DNA from: Bacteroidaceae bacterium | Lineage (GTDB): Bacteria; Bacteroidota; Bacteroidia; Bacteroidales; Bacteroidaceae | DNA: 64,000 nucleotides | NCBI GenBank assembly: GCA_017379075.1 | Contig: JAFNXL010000034.1 | Span: 1,591-65,590 of the forward strand | Direction: 5' to 3' | In this document: positions 37,728 to 47,684 of the stretch, piece by piece | How positions within the stretch are numbered: the stretch's first letter is position 1 | Layout: each line of letters begins with the position of its first letter | The notes under the pieces: generated by a model | Told to the model about the DNA's origin: nothing | Databases searched by the model: none | The model's input: the letters and a program-made list of their open reading frames with translations, nothing else | Program-made: the position numbers and the translations under genes

Positions 37728-38552
37728 ATGATGAAAAGGAAAACAACAAATTTGTTACGGATGCTGTGCACGGTTTTGCTGTGTCAACTGATGGCATTAC
37801 CGTTGATGGCCAATGGCAATGAGTATGTGATAAAGAACGGAGAGCGCACATTGTATGGGGTGTTGAGCAAAGCCCCACAAGAAGGCAAACGCCACGGCAT
37901 CGTGATTCTTGCACATGGGTTTGCTGGTACCCACCATTTCGGATACCGTTATTTTGATGCCTTAAATGCATTGGGTTATCAGGCTTATGCCTTTGATTTT
38001 CCCTATGGCTCTCCTTTCAGCACCCTTGAGAAGAATACGATGAACATGTCCGTACTGGACCAGCAGGCTGACCTGGAAACTGTGGTGGAACATTTCCGCA
38101 AGCAGGAAAATATTGACCCCAAAAAGATTGTGGTCTTGGGTGAAAGCCAGGGTGGGTTGGTTGCAGCTCTTACTGCCGCATCCATTGGCAAGAAGATAAG
38201 CAAGCTTGTGCTGGTATATCCCGCCTTCTGCATTCCGTACCATTGGAGGGCAAAGTATCCCAACCTCTCAGATATTCAGGATACCACACGTCTTTGGAGG
38301 GTTCCCATGGGCAGACGCTATTTCGAGGAAATACACTCTATGGATGCCTTTGAAAGTGCCAAGAAATATAAGAAGCCCGTACTAATTGTGCATGGAGATG
38401 CGGATAACGTGGTGCCTTTGGCCGATTCGGAACGTGTGGTGAAGATGTATAAGAACGCACGTTTGCATGTGATACCGGGTGCCGGTCATGGCTTTGATAA
38501 TGACCAGTTTGCCAAGATGATTGGCTGGCTGAATGAATTTCTTTCAGAATAA
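37728..38552 (+). CDS. Alpha/beta hydrolase
   Basis: Signal peptide, nucleophile elbow GESQGG, HGDADNVVP and GAGHGF. Confidence 0.75.
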   Translation: MMKRKTTNLLRMLCTVLLCQLMALPLMANGNEYVIKNGERTLYGVLSKAPQEGKRHGIVILAHGFAGTHHFGYRYFDALNALGYQAYAFDFPYGSPFSTLEKNTMNMSVLDQQADLETVVEHFRKQENIDPKKIVVLGESQGGLVAALTAASIGKKISKLVLVYPAFCIPYHWRAKYPNLSDIQDTTRLWRVPMGRRYFEEIHSMDAFESAKKYKKPVLIVHGDADNVVPLADSERVVKMYKNARLHVIPGAGHGFDNDQFAKMIGWLNEFLSE

Positions 38553-38574
38553 AATCAAAAAACAGATTCTAATG

Positions 38575-38607
38575 AAAAGGGTTGAGCTTGACAAACTCAA
38601 CCCTTTT
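38575..38607. terminator. Bidirectional hairpin between convergent genes
   Basis: aaaagggttgag / ctcaaccctttt (12 bp), with an A-run and a T-run on the two sides. Confidence 0.65.
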
Positions 38608-38612
38608 CTCTG

Positions 38613-39269
38613 TTATTCTACATATTTGATTTTCTCTTTGCTGCGAGGCTTTGCTGCCGGCGTTTCGTCGGGATGGCCGAATGCTATGCAATATAGCAGA
38701 CGGTAGCCTTCGCTGAAGCCCAGTTTCTGTAGGTAGGGCGCAGCATCAGGATTGGTGTTGATGAAACGTACGGGACCACCCAGACAGCAGGAACCTATGC
38801 CCATACTCCAAGCGGAAAGAATCATGTTCTCGCCCAATAGTCCGCAGTCAATCTGTGAGCAGTCGTAACCGGGATCGTGGGCAATGAACACCACGGTGGG
38901 CGCATTGCGGAACATATTCTTGAACGAGGGGTCTTCGGCAGCCTTGGGATTGGCTTTCTTGTAGACTTCGGTTATGCCGTTGATGAAATCCGGATTGTCC
39001 ACCACACGAATTTCCCACGATTGCTTGTTCATTCCGTTGGGAGCGTTGATGCCACATTCCAGGATGGTTTCCATGGTCTCTCGGCTAACGGGTTCGGGTT
39101 TGTACTTGCGTATGCTGCGACGGGACATAATGGTCTCTATTACCGCATTGGGCTGCTCTTCTTGTACGGCTTCCTGGCATGTCTTATTGTCCTGTTGGGC
39201 CGGTTGGGTGCATGCCGTCAGCCCACCGATGCAAAGGATTGCCAATGTCTTGAAAAATGATGAATGCAT
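38613..39269 (-). CDS. Nitroreductase-family protein with a lipoprotein-type signal
   Basis: RRSIRKY motif. The N-terminus MHSSFFKTLAILCIGGLTAC looks like a signal peptide plus lipobox. The start was set at the ATG at 39269. Confidence 0.7.
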   Translation of the reverse strand: MHSSFFKTLAILCIGGLTACTQPAQQDNKTCQEAVQEEQPNAVIETIMSRRSIRKYKPEPVSRETMETILECGINAPNGMNKQSWEIRVVDNPDFINGITEVYKKANPKAAEDPSFKNMFRNAPTVVFIAHDPGYDCSQIDCGLLGENMILSAWSMGIGSCCLGGPVRFINTNPDAAPYLQKLGFSEGYRLLYCIAFGHPDETPAAKPRSKEKIKYVE

Positions 39270-39357
39270 ATAGTTTGTCGGATTGATGGTTTGAAACAAA
39301 AAGAGACTGTCTTGCAATGAAGTGCGTAAGACAGTCTCTCAGGAATTGGTGTTATTG

Positions 39358-39762
39358 TTATTCCTCGCAAAGTTCGGTCAGGATGCCGCAGGTGCTCTTG
39401 GGATGCAGGAAAGCGATCTTCAAACCGTCTGCACCGTTGCGGGGAGCCTTGTCAATGAGGCGGATACCCTTTTCATCGCACATGGCCAATGCTTCGGTCA
39501 CACCGTCTTCTACCTTGAATGCAACGTGGTGTACACCCTTGCCGCCGTTGTCCAGGAACTTCTGGATGGTGCTTTCGGGGCAAGTGGGCTCAAGCAGTTC
39601 CAGCTTTACTTCGCCAACCTGCAGGAAAGCGGTCTTTACCTTCTGGTCTTCAACAACCTCTTCTTTGTAAACTTCCAGACCCAATACATCCTTGTAATAG
39701 GGCAATACTTCTGCGATGCTCTGTACGGCGATGCCGATGTGCTCAATACGTGAAATCTTCAT
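39358..39762 (-). CDS. mce: Methylmalonyl-CoA epimerase (VOC/glyoxalase fold)
   Basis: 134 aa with IEHIGIAVQSI, LELLEP and GVHHVAF. Confidence 0.8.
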   Translation of the reverse strand: MKISRIEHIGIAVQSIAEVLPYYKDVLGLEVYKEEVVEDQKVKTAFLQVGEVKLELLEPTCPESTIQKFLDNGGKGVHHVAFKVEDGVTEALAMCDEKGIRLIDKAPRNGADGLKIAFLHPKSTCGILTELCEE

Positions 39763-39874
39763 GTTTTATGTGTTTTAATTTTGATAAATTGATTTATTTG
39801 AGGCAAAGTTATTCCTTTTCTGTGAACTGACAAAATGTTTGCAATAGAAACTCGAAATAAAATCGGATGAGATT

Positions 39875-42283
39875 CTAAAATTCAATCAGAATGCGTCCGT
39901 TGATCATTCTTCCAGTGAGGTAATTAGGTACGGCATACTGCTGGTTGGTGATGTCTGTAACCCAATAATAACTGCTGACGTTGTTCAGACCGAAAATGTT
40001 GAAGCAGTCGAGCCCCAGCCAGATGTTGTGCACGATGTTATGCTTCATGTGGCGGTCTTCGTTGTCCAGCAGGCGGTAGTTCATGCCGATGTCCACACGC
40101 TTGTAGGCAGGGGCACGGAATACGTTACGTTCCAGTCCGGTATGTGGCGGGCCAAAAGGCAGACCGTCGGCAAAGGATGCCTTCAGGTTCATCTTCCAGC
40201 GTGTGGTGCCGGGGAAGTAGTCGCTGAAGAAGAAGTTGATATTGTAGCGTTGGTCTGTGGGCTGCGGAATGCTTTTTCCGTTCAGTGACATTTGTGCTTT
40301 CATCAGACCAAGACTTATCCATGAATCTGTGCCGGGAACAAACTCGCCATAGAGCTTGAAGTCGGCTCCGCAGACATAGCCCGACGCACAGTTGTTTCCG
40401 TAGTAGACAATCTTTACGTTGTCCACATTGTAGGGATTCAAGCGGCTTTGTGCCTTGTAGTAGAGTTCTGTGGTGAACTTGAACGGACGCTGTGCCATCT
40501 TGAACTTGTATTCCATTCCGGCCACCACTTGATACGAACGCTGTGCCTTGATGTCTTGGTTCAGTTCCACAGTGGTGTTTCCGTGCTGTGTGATGGTATC
40601 GCGCAACTCTTTATAGAACGGGGTTTGGTAGTACAGACCGGTGGCCAGACGGAAGGTGAAGTCTTCATTGTTCTTGGGAACAAAGCCCAGACTGATGCGG
40701 GGACTGAAGAGCCATTCCTTGTTCCAGTTCCAGTAGCTCAGCCTTGCACCATAGTTGAAACTGATGATGCCCGCCTTGCTCTCCTTGCGCCAGGTGTCCT
40801 GTGCATAGAGTTCCATACGGTTGCTGTTGATGCTGTTTATGCTTTTCAGGTTGTATATCACTTGCAGATCCTTGCCGGTGTGTGGAACGCTATATCCGCT
40901 GGAGTCGCGGTATTCCCATTCGCGGCTGTTCTCGCTTATGCTTTCGTGTCTCCATGAAAGACCGGTCTGCATATGATGGTTTCCCTGACGGAAATCGTAT
41001 GTCAGCTTGAATGTCTGTGTCTGGCTGCTCAGTAGGTTTCGTGCGTGTTCCATGTAAGTGCCCACACCCAACTGCTTGTCCGATGTGGTTTCGTTCAGCC
41101 AATACTGGCCCTGGATGTCATAGGTCTCCCTTTCCTTGGTGTTGAAGGCCGATGCTGAAAGGCTTAGTGCGTGTTTGCGCTCCCATTTACGGGTAATCTT
41201 GAATGTGCCGTACAATGTGCGGAACAGGTCTTCCTCTTTGCCGTCAAAGTAGACCTTGAAACTTTTCACGTCTTCCAAGGTGCCAAAGTTCGTTTCCCTG
41301 TCTTTGGGCTTGAAGTTATAGTCGTTCTTGCTGATGTATCCAATGAGGTCAAATGTCCACTTTTCCGAAGGTGTCCAGCTCAGATAAGCCTGATAGTCCA
41401 GGAAGGAGGGACTGTATTCTCCTTTGGTTTCCAGACTGCCCAGCATATACTGGTTGGTCTTGTAACGAAGTCCTTGCGAAAGCGAAATCTTGCGGTTGCC
41501 CAGTCCGGCGTAGATGTTTGCACCCAGCAATGATGCCTGTACGGATGCTTCTGCCTTCTGCGGACGGGCATAGGTGATGTCAAGCACGCTGCTCATGCGG
41601 TCTCCGTATTTAGCCTCGAATCCGCCGGCAGAGAATTCCACCTTCTCCACCATGTCACTGTTGATGACGGACAGTCCTTCCTGTTGTCCGCTGCTGATGA
41701 GCAAGGGACGGTACACCTCCACACCATTTATATATACGCAGTTTTCGTCAAACGAACCGCCACGCACGTTGTATTGGCTGCTCAGTTCGTTGTGGCTGCT
41801 CACACCGGCTTGTGTGGCCACCAGCTCTTCCACTGCATTTCCAGTGGTGCTGGGCATGCGTTTCAGGTCTTTGGTGTTAAGCTGTTGCGTGGTGCCCATT
41901 TGTCGGCGTGTGTCTGCCACCACCACTTGAGACATTTCGCTTCCAGTTTCTTTCATCACGATGTTCATCACCAGACTGCCCGAGGGATTTTTCAAAACTT
42001 TTCTTCGGGTCTCAAAACCAATCATGCTATAAAGCACCACCACGCTGTCGGCACTCTTGAACCTTATATTATATTTTCCCTCCAGACTGGCAAGGGCGGT
42101 TACGGCCTGTCCCTCAATGCGTATGGCACAGAGTGAAACCGGCTCGCCCTTCTCGTCGTTCACGCGTCCGCGAAGGCTCACCATCGTTGTGTCGGCCTCT
42201 TGCTGTGCTTCCTGTGCATTTGCTTCAGGGACAATCCAGCAGAGCAGTATTCCGATTAAAAAACACAAATATGTATGTCTCAT
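39875..42283 (-). CDS. TonB-dependent receptor with a CarboxypepD_reg-like N-terminal domain
   Basis: 802 aa. Signal peptide, LRGRVNDEKGEPV, plug region, and a beta-barrel ending in a terminal Phe (RILIEF). Confidence 0.85.
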   Translation of the reverse strand: MRHTYLCFLIGILLCWIVPEANAQEAQQEADTTMVSLRGRVNDEKGEPVSLCAIRIEGQAVTALASLEGKYNIRFKSADSVVVLYSMIGFETRRKVLKNPSGSLVMNIVMKETGSEMSQVVVADTRRQMGTTQQLNTKDLKRMPSTTGNAVEELVATQAGVSSHNELSSQYNVRGGSFDENCVYINGVEVYRPLLISSGQQEGLSVINSDMVEKVEFSAGGFEAKYGDRMSSVLDITYARPQKAEASVQASLLGANIYAGLGNRKISLSQGLRYKTNQYMLGSLETKGEYSPSFLDYQAYLSWTPSEKWTFDLIGYISKNDYNFKPKDRETNFGTLEDVKSFKVYFDGKEEDLFRTLYGTFKITRKWERKHALSLSASAFNTKERETYDIQGQYWLNETTSDKQLGVGTYMEHARNLLSSQTQTFKLTYDFRQGNHHMQTGLSWRHESISENSREWEYRDSSGYSVPHTGKDLQVIYNLKSINSINSNRMELYAQDTWRKESKAGIISFNYGARLSYWNWNKEWLFSPRISLGFVPKNNEDFTFRLATGLYYQTPFYKELRDTITQHGNTTVELNQDIKAQRSYQVVAGMEYKFKMAQRPFKFTTELYYKAQSRLNPYNVDNVKIVYYGNNCASGYVCGADFKLYGEFVPGTDSWISLGLMKAQMSLNGKSIPQPTDQRYNINFFFSDYFPGTTRWKMNLKASFADGLPFGPPHTGLERNVFRAPAYKRVDIGMNYRLLDNEDRHMKHNIVHNIWLGLDCFNIFGLNNVSSYYWVTDITNQQYAVPNYLTGRMINGRILIEF

Positions 42284-42338
42284 CTCTCAATAAACGTAAA
42301 AAAACACCTTTTTTGTATATCCCGTGGCAACTTTTTCA

Positions 42339-42346
42339 TAACTTTG
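42339..42346 (+). promoter_or_regulatory. -7 box (TAACTTTG)
   Basis: It lies 35 nt upstream of the ATG at 42381. Confidence 0.4.
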
Positions 42347-42380
42347 CAACAGAAACAACGTACAAATATACAACTTTTAT

Positions 42381-42905
42381 ATGGAAAAATTCAGCGAATT
42401 GATAAAGATACGCCGTTCCATGCGAAAATTCACAGCAGAGAAATTGACCGAGGAACAGCTCAAAACCATTTTGCGTGCGGCATTGATGTCGCCCAGCAGC
42501 AAGGGTACACATTGTTGGCAGTTTGTGGTTGTGCAGGATGAAGAAACTCTTGCCCAATTGTCACATTGTAAGGCACAGGGGGCCGAGTTCCTGAGTGGTG
42601 CGCCTTGTGGCGTGGTGGTGTTGGCAGATCCTGCCGTCAGCGATGTGTGGATTGAGGACGCTTCTGTGGCCAGCACCATGATGCTGCTGCAGGCCGAGGA
42701 TCTTGGATTGGGTGCCTGTTGGATTCAGGTTCGTGAGCGGACCATGCCCGACGGTTCTCAAGCCGAGGAAGAGGTTCGCCGAATCCTGCAACTGCCCGCC
42801 AATCTGCGTGTCCTCAGTATCATTGCTTTGGGCAACAAGGGTATGGAACGCAAACCTTTTAACGAAGAACGCCTGCTTTGGGACAAGGTCAGCCAATGGA
42901 AATAG
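42381..42905 (+). CDS. Nitroreductase-family protein
   Basis: 174 aa with the RRSMRKF motif. Confidence 0.75.
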   Translation: MEKFSELIKIRRSMRKFTAEKLTEEQLKTILRAALMSPSSKGTHCWQFVVVQDEETLAQLSHCKAQGAEFLSGAPCGVVVLADPAVSDVWIEDASVASTMMLLQAEDLGLGACWIQVRERTMPDGSQAEEEVRRILQLPANLRVLSIIALGNKGMERKPFNEERLLWDKVSQWK

Positions 42906-43684
42906 TCTTTATCGGAGCCGGCAATCTGGCCACTCAGCTTAGTCAGGCCTTCCAGCGTGTGGGACACAATGTCATTCAGGTGTTCAGTCGCACGCAAGAG
43001 AATGCCTCCGCATTAGGAACCCGTTTGGGGTGCGAATGGACCACATCGCTTGAAGGGATACGGAAGGATGCACATCTTTATGTTATTTCTGTCAGTGACT
43101 CAGCCTTTCAACAGGTGGCGGAAAAGCTCCATGCCACCTTGCAGTCTGTGCCAGCGAATGATGGTTCACAAACCGGTTCAAACGCTCTTTTTGTGCATAC
43201 GGCTGGCAGTATATCCGTTGATCTTCTGCCCATGGAACGCCGGGGTGTGTTTTATCCCATGCAGACTTTCAATAAGTACAATTCTGTGGATTTCAGCCAG
43301 ATTCCCATTTTCATTGAAAGCCGTACGGATTTGGATTGCCTCCAGCATTTGGCCTCACAACTCAGCCAGAAGGTTTATGAACTGGACGGAAGCCGCCGCA
43401 AACTCCTTCATGTGGCTGCGGTTTTTGCTTGCAACTTCAGCAATCACATGTATGATTTGAGCAGCCGAATCCTGCAGGAATATGATATACCCTTTGATGT
43501 GATGTTGCCTTTGATTGACGAAACGGTCCGCAAGGTCCACTTGATGTCGCCCAAAGAAGCGCAGACGGGACCGGCCGTGCGCTATGACCAGAACGTGATG
43601 CACTGCCACATGCAGATGCTGAGGGACGAGAAGATGAAACGTATATACCAACTTCTGAGTGAAAGTATCCATGATAAATTATGA
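42896..43684 (+). CDS. Rossmann-fold NAD(P)-binding protein (DUF2520-like)
   Basis: The start was set at [15 protein letters not shown]. The gene overlaps the upstream stop by 10 nt. Confidence 0.6.
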   Translation: MEIVFIGAGNLATQLSQAFQRVGHNVIQVFSRTQENASALGTRLGCEWTTSLEGIRKDAHLYVISVSDSAFQQVAEKLHATLQSVPANDGSQTGSNALFVHTAGSISVDLLPMERRGVFYPMQTFNKYNSVDFSQIPIFIESRTDLDCLQHLASQLSQKVYELDGSRRKLLHVAAVFACNFSNHMYDLSSRILQEYDIPFDVMLPLIDETVRKVHLMSPKEAQTGPAVRYDQNVMHCHMQMLRDEKMKRIYQLLSESIHDKL

Positions 43685-44189
43685 CTTGACAAAGATAAAG
43701 GCATTGGCTTTCGATGTGGATGGCGTGTTGAGTGCCGAAACCATAACGATGGATGCCAATGGCGTGCCCTTGCGTACCGTCAATATCAAAGACGGATATG
43801 CCATCCAGCTTGCAGTAAAGATGGGGTTGCACATAGCCATTATTACTGGAGCAAAGGTTGACGCTGTCCGTGTGCGCTATCAGGGACTGGGCGTGCCCGA
43901 TGTGCATCTGGGCTGTTCGGTAAAAATGCCGGTTTATGAGAGTTTTCTGCAGAAATACGGACTTACGGACGAAGAGGTGCTTTATATGGGCGATGACATC
44001 CCCGATCTGGAAGTGATGCATCGTTGCGGATGTCCTTGCTGCCCTGCAGATGCCGCTCCCGAAGTCATTTCCGCCAGTATCTACATCAGCCACCTTCGTG
44101 GTGGATACGGTTGTGGACGCGATGTGGTGGAGCAGGTTTTGCGTGCCCAAGGCAAGTGGCTCAGTGATGAAAAGGCTTTCGGATGGTAG
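43671..44189 (+). CDS. kdsC: 3-deoxy-D-manno-octulosonate 8-phosphate phosphatase (HAD family)
   Basis: HAD motif [11 protein letters not shown] and motif GDDIPDL. Length about 172 aa. Confidence 0.8.
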   Translation: MINYDLTKIKALAFDVDGVLSAETITMDANGVPLRTVNIKDGYAIQLAVKMGLHIAIITGAKVDAVRVRYQGLGVPDVHLGCSVKMPVYESFLQKYGLTDEEVLYMGDDIPDLEVMHRCGCPCCPADAAPEVISASIYISHLRGGYGCGRDVVEQVLRAQGKWLSDEKAFGW

Positions 44190-44214
44190 TCTGTTTAAAT
44201 AAAAATGTTGATAG

Positions 44215-44790
44215 ATGACGATGAATAAAAGAATATTGCTTGCCTCCAATTCTCCTCGTAGACGCGAATTGCTGTCTGGACTCGGGGTGGACTATCAGGT
44301 GAGGCTTCTTCCGGATATAGACGAGTCGTTCCCTCCCCATCTTTCTGCCGAGGAAATTCCGCAGCACATCTCGCGGAACAAGGCCGATGCCTATGCGGTG
44401 GAAGAGGATGAACTGCTCATTACAGCCGACACCATAGTTTATTGTAAAGGTGAGGTGTTGGGCAAACCTGTTGATGAGGCTGATGCCTGCCGCATGTTGC
44501 GGCAACTGAGCGGATGTACCCATCAGGTAGTAACCGGTGTTACCCTGAAGACACGGGAACAGGTGCGAACCTTCTCTTGTACCACTCAGGTTACCTTTGC
44601 CGAACTGTCCGATGAAGAAATTGCCTATTATGTACAGCATTATGCTCCCTATGATAAGGCCGGGGCCTATGGGGTGCAGGAATGGATTGGCTTTGTTGGT
44701 GTAACCCGCCTCGAAGGTTCCTATTTCAATGTGATGGGGCTTCCCGTGCAGAGATTGTATACTGAATTGAAAAAAATGAATGCGATATGA
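44215..44790 (+). CDS. maf: Maf-like nucleoside triphosphate pyrophosphatase
   Basis: 191 aa with ILLASNSPRRRELL and KAGAYGVQE. Confidence 0.88.
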   Translation: MTMNKRILLASNSPRRRELLSGLGVDYQVRLLPDIDESFPPHLSAEEIPQHISRNKADAYAVEEDELLITADTIVYCKGEVLGKPVDEADACRMLRQLSGCTHQVVTGVTLKTREQVRTFSCTTQVTFAELSDEEIAYYVQHYAPYDKAGAYGVQEWIGFVGVTRLEGSYFNVMGLPVQRLYTELKKMNAI

Positions 44791-45317
44791 AACTGAAAAA
44801 ACTTTTCCTTCCCCTGCTTGTGGGAAGTGTGTTTGCATTGGCTTCTTGTGATGAGGCTGATACCAATTCTGACATGCCCCGTTTCTCGGGCTTTGAATAT
44901 GAAGTGCCTGTAGTGGCTGGCGATACACTGACTGTTGTGGCAAAACAAAGCCAGTTGGGCAAACTCATTGGATCGGCCACTTACGATTGGGTGTGCCTCT
45001 ACGACTGGACCAATGAAGAAGAAGGAACCAGCGGCCAGTTAGACACACTTGAACATCAGTTTAAGAAAGTGTATTATAGCATAGATTCCAGCGACCCCCA
45101 ATTCAAACTCTTTGTTCCAGAGAACGCTTCCAGATTGGTCATCACCTTTACCGCTGAGTATAATTATGCCGGACAAGGCCCCAACCGCTTTGATGGCAGC
45201 ACAGGCGGAAGCGGAACTGGTGGCAATGGCTATATCCGTCCCGTAACCAGCAACAATCTCTTTGGCCGTTCCAGAGGTTCGGTTACCATTCAGGGAAGAA
45301 ACATTGTAAAGAAATAA
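44787..45317 (+). CDS. Hypothetical lipoprotein
   Basis: 176 aa with signal peptide and lipobox (FALASC). Its start overlaps the maf stop by 4 nt. Confidence 0.55.
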   Translation: MKLKKLFLPLLVGSVFALASCDEADTNSDMPRFSGFEYEVPVVAGDTLTVVAKQSQLGKLIGSATYDWVCLYDWTNEEEGTSGQLDTLEHQFKKVYYSIDSSDPQFKLFVPENASRLVITFTAEYNYAGQGPNRFDGSTGGSGTGGNGYIRPVTSNNLFGRSRGSVTIQGRNIVKK

Positions 45318-45368
45318 TTATAGGGAAGCAAGTTGTGCCTTCCCATGCATGCCGTTGCGATGGCCCAT

Positions 45369-45434
45369 GCACTGCATTGTGTTACCCAATTCACTGCATT
45401 GCATCGGTCATCGCACTGCATTGTGTTGTCATAG
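45369..45434. repeat. Three copies of a roughly 22-bp degenerate direct repeat (cactgcattg core)
   Basis: gcactgcattgtgtt at 45369 and 45413, and tcactgcattgcatc at 45391. Confidence 0.7.
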
Positions 45435-45461
45435 GGAGAGTTTGGAATTACACCAAATAAA

Positions 45462-45490
45462 AAAGGGTAAGCTTGTTTGACTTACCCTTT
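45462..45490. terminator. Bidirectional hairpin between convergent genes
   Basis: aaagggtaag / cttacccttt (10 bp). Confidence 0.6.
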
Positions 45491-45517
45491 ATCCATAATA
45501 ATATATTATTGTGGAAA

Positions 45518-46318
45518 TTATTTCACTGCAAACTTTTCGCCTCCGATGACATAAATGCCAGTGGGGAGGGTGGAGATGGCGTCAGAAACGGTTGTCTGCT
45601 TCTTTACCAAAGCGCCCTTGGTGTCATAGATGTCCACCTTGGTGCCGGCAGCCTGCAACTTGGCAATGCTGGTCTCTATGCCAGACATGCTTGTGACATG
45701 CTTGATGTTGAGTGATGTGGCGGTAACGCTCTGCTTGTTCCAGATGAAACCACAACGGGTGGGGAGGAAAGTCTTGTCTGCATCCGTGCGGATAAGTACG
45801 CTTTCCAGTATATATGCATCCTGCTGTGCGGGAATACCATAACGACCTTCTGCCTGGATGGCAGTCCAGCTGCTGTTGAAGGTAACCTGGTTACCGTTGT
45901 CATCGTTTAGGGTGATGTTCTTAATTTCCAAATCTGTGGCACCACACTGTCCGCTCTTAACCTTCAGGTTCTGTACGATGGGAGAATAGATAAGATAGGG
46001 TACACCTGCCTGCACACCTTCCTTGGTGCAATCCATGAAATAGAGGTTCAGCACATCGCCTTCCTGTTTGATGGATACCAATCGTTCCAACTGCACATCC
46101 TTGGCTGCGGTCTGCAACTGTTCCGCATCAAGGGAAACGGGCAGACAGATGGTGTTGTATCCAGCCAGCAAAGTGCGGTTCAACTGGAATGCCTGACCGG
46201 CCTCAGTCAAAGGTTTGGTGTTGAGTGTCTGACTTGATGTGAAGACATACTTTGTACTCTGTGCCGATGCGGTCTGCATGGCCAGCATGGTAAGCAATGC
46301 AAGGGTAATTTTTTTCAT
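45518..46318 (-). CDS. Secreted protein with a T9SS C-terminal sorting domain
   Basis: Signal peptide MKKITLALLTMLAMQTASAQ. The C-terminus KVDIYDTKGALVKKQ...LPTGIYVIGGEKFAVK resembles a Por/T9SS CTD. Confidence 0.65.
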   Translation of the reverse strand: MKKITLALLTMLAMQTASAQSTKYVFTSSQTLNTKPLTEAGQAFQLNRTLLAGYNTICLPVSLDAEQLQTAAKDVQLERLVSIKQEGDVLNLYFMDCTKEGVQAGVPYLIYSPIVQNLKVKSGQCGATDLEIKNITLNDDNGNQVTFNSSWTAIQAEGRYGIPAQQDAYILESVLIRTDADKTFLPTRCGFIWNKQSVTATSLNIKHVTSMSGIETSIAKLQAAGTKVDIYDTKGALVKKQTTVSDAISTLPTGIYVIGGEKFAVK

Positions 46319-46472
46319 ATCTGATATGTATTATGCTATTTCTTGATGCAATATTACAAAAAAATCACCAATTATGGCACAAGTTCAGACCAATTTAACA
46401 CTTTTTTATGCATAATTGTGCGGATAAAGTATTAACTTTGGCAAAACAAATGTAAAAAAGCTCCGAAAACAG

Positions 46473-47666
46473 ATGAAAACTTTACGAGAATTATACCGTA
46501 TTGGTCATGGTCCCAGTAGTTCCCATACTATGGGACCCCGTAAGGCAGCAAACCAGTTCCTTGAGAGGTTTGACCATGCCACCCGTTTCAATGTTACACT
46601 TTACGGTTCATTGGCAGCCACCGGTAAAGGCCACATGACGGATGTGGCGATATTGGATGTGTTAGGAACAGACCGTACCACCATTATTTGGGAACCCCGA
46701 CAGTTCCTCCCTTTCCATCCTAACGGAATGAAGTTCGAGGCATTGGATGCCCAAGGCCATATTCTGGCGGACTGGACTGTATATAGTGTTGGTGGAGGAG
46801 CTTTGGCCGAAGAGGGACAAGCCAATACTGAATATAAGGACATATATGACATGCACTATGCAACGGACATCCTGCGCTGGTGCGAGGAGAAGGGCCGCAA
46901 TTTCTGGGAATATGTGCAGGAATGTGAAGGCCCTGAAATATGGGATTATCTGAAAGAAGTGTGGGACACCATGCGCAATGCGGTGGAGAGCGGATTGGAA
47001 CATGAAGAAGTGCTTCCCGGTCCATTGAACCTCAGACGCAAGGCCGCCACATATCATACCCGTGCCGAAGGTTATCAGGCCAGTATGAAGAGCAGAGGAC
47101 TGATTTTTGCTTATGCCTTGGCTGTGAGCGAAGAAAATGCTTCGGGAGGTGTGATTGTAACCGCACCCACTTGTGGCAGTTGTGGTGTGCTTCCCGGAGT
47201 ACTGTATCATTTATGGAAGAGCAGACAGATCAGTGAAGCCCGTATCCTCAGGGCTTTGGCCACGGCCGGACTTTTCGGCAATATAGTAAAGACCAATGCC
47301 AGCATCAGTGGAGCGGAAGTGGGATGCCAGGGTGAAGTGGGTGTGGCATGTGCCATGGCGGCAGCAGCTGCAAGCCAGTTGTTTGGTGGTACGCCCGCTC
47401 AGATTGAATATGCGGCAGAAATGGGATTGGAACACCATTTGGGACTGACCTGTGATCCAGTATGCGGTCTGGTGCAGATTCCTTGCATTGAACGTAATGC
47501 CTATGCCGCAGCTCGGGCAATGGATGCCAATTCCTATGCCATGTTCACTGATGGCAAGCATCGCGTAAGTTTTGACAAGGTAGTGGAAGTGATGAAGATA
47601 ACCGGTCATGACCTGCCCAGTCTTTACAAGGAAACAAGTGAGGGCGGACTGGCACGTCACTTATGA
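46473..47666 (+). CDS. sdaA: L-serine ammonia-lyase (iron-sulfur dependent)
   Basis: 397 aa with GHGPSSSHTMGP and VTAPTCGSCGVLPG. Confidence 0.85.
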   Translation: MKTLRELYRIGHGPSSSHTMGPRKAANQFLERFDHATRFNVTLYGSLAATGKGHMTDVAILDVLGTDRTTIIWEPRQFLPFHPNGMKFEALDAQGHILADWTVYSVGGGALAEEGQANTEYKDIYDMHYATDILRWCEEKGRNFWEYVQECEGPEIWDYLKEVWDTMRNAVESGLEHEEVLPGPLNLRRKAATYHTRAEGYQASMKSRGLIFAYALAVSEENASGGVIVTAPTCGSCGVLPGVLYHLWKSRQISEARILRALATAGLFGNIVKTNASISGAEVGCQGEVGVACAMAAAAASQLFGGTPAQIEYAAEMGLEHHLGLTCDPVCGLVQIPCIERNAYAAARAMDANSYAMFTDGKHRVSFDKVVEVMKITGHDLPSLYKETSEGGLARHL

Positions 47667-47684
47667 TTACTGTTATGATAAGTT

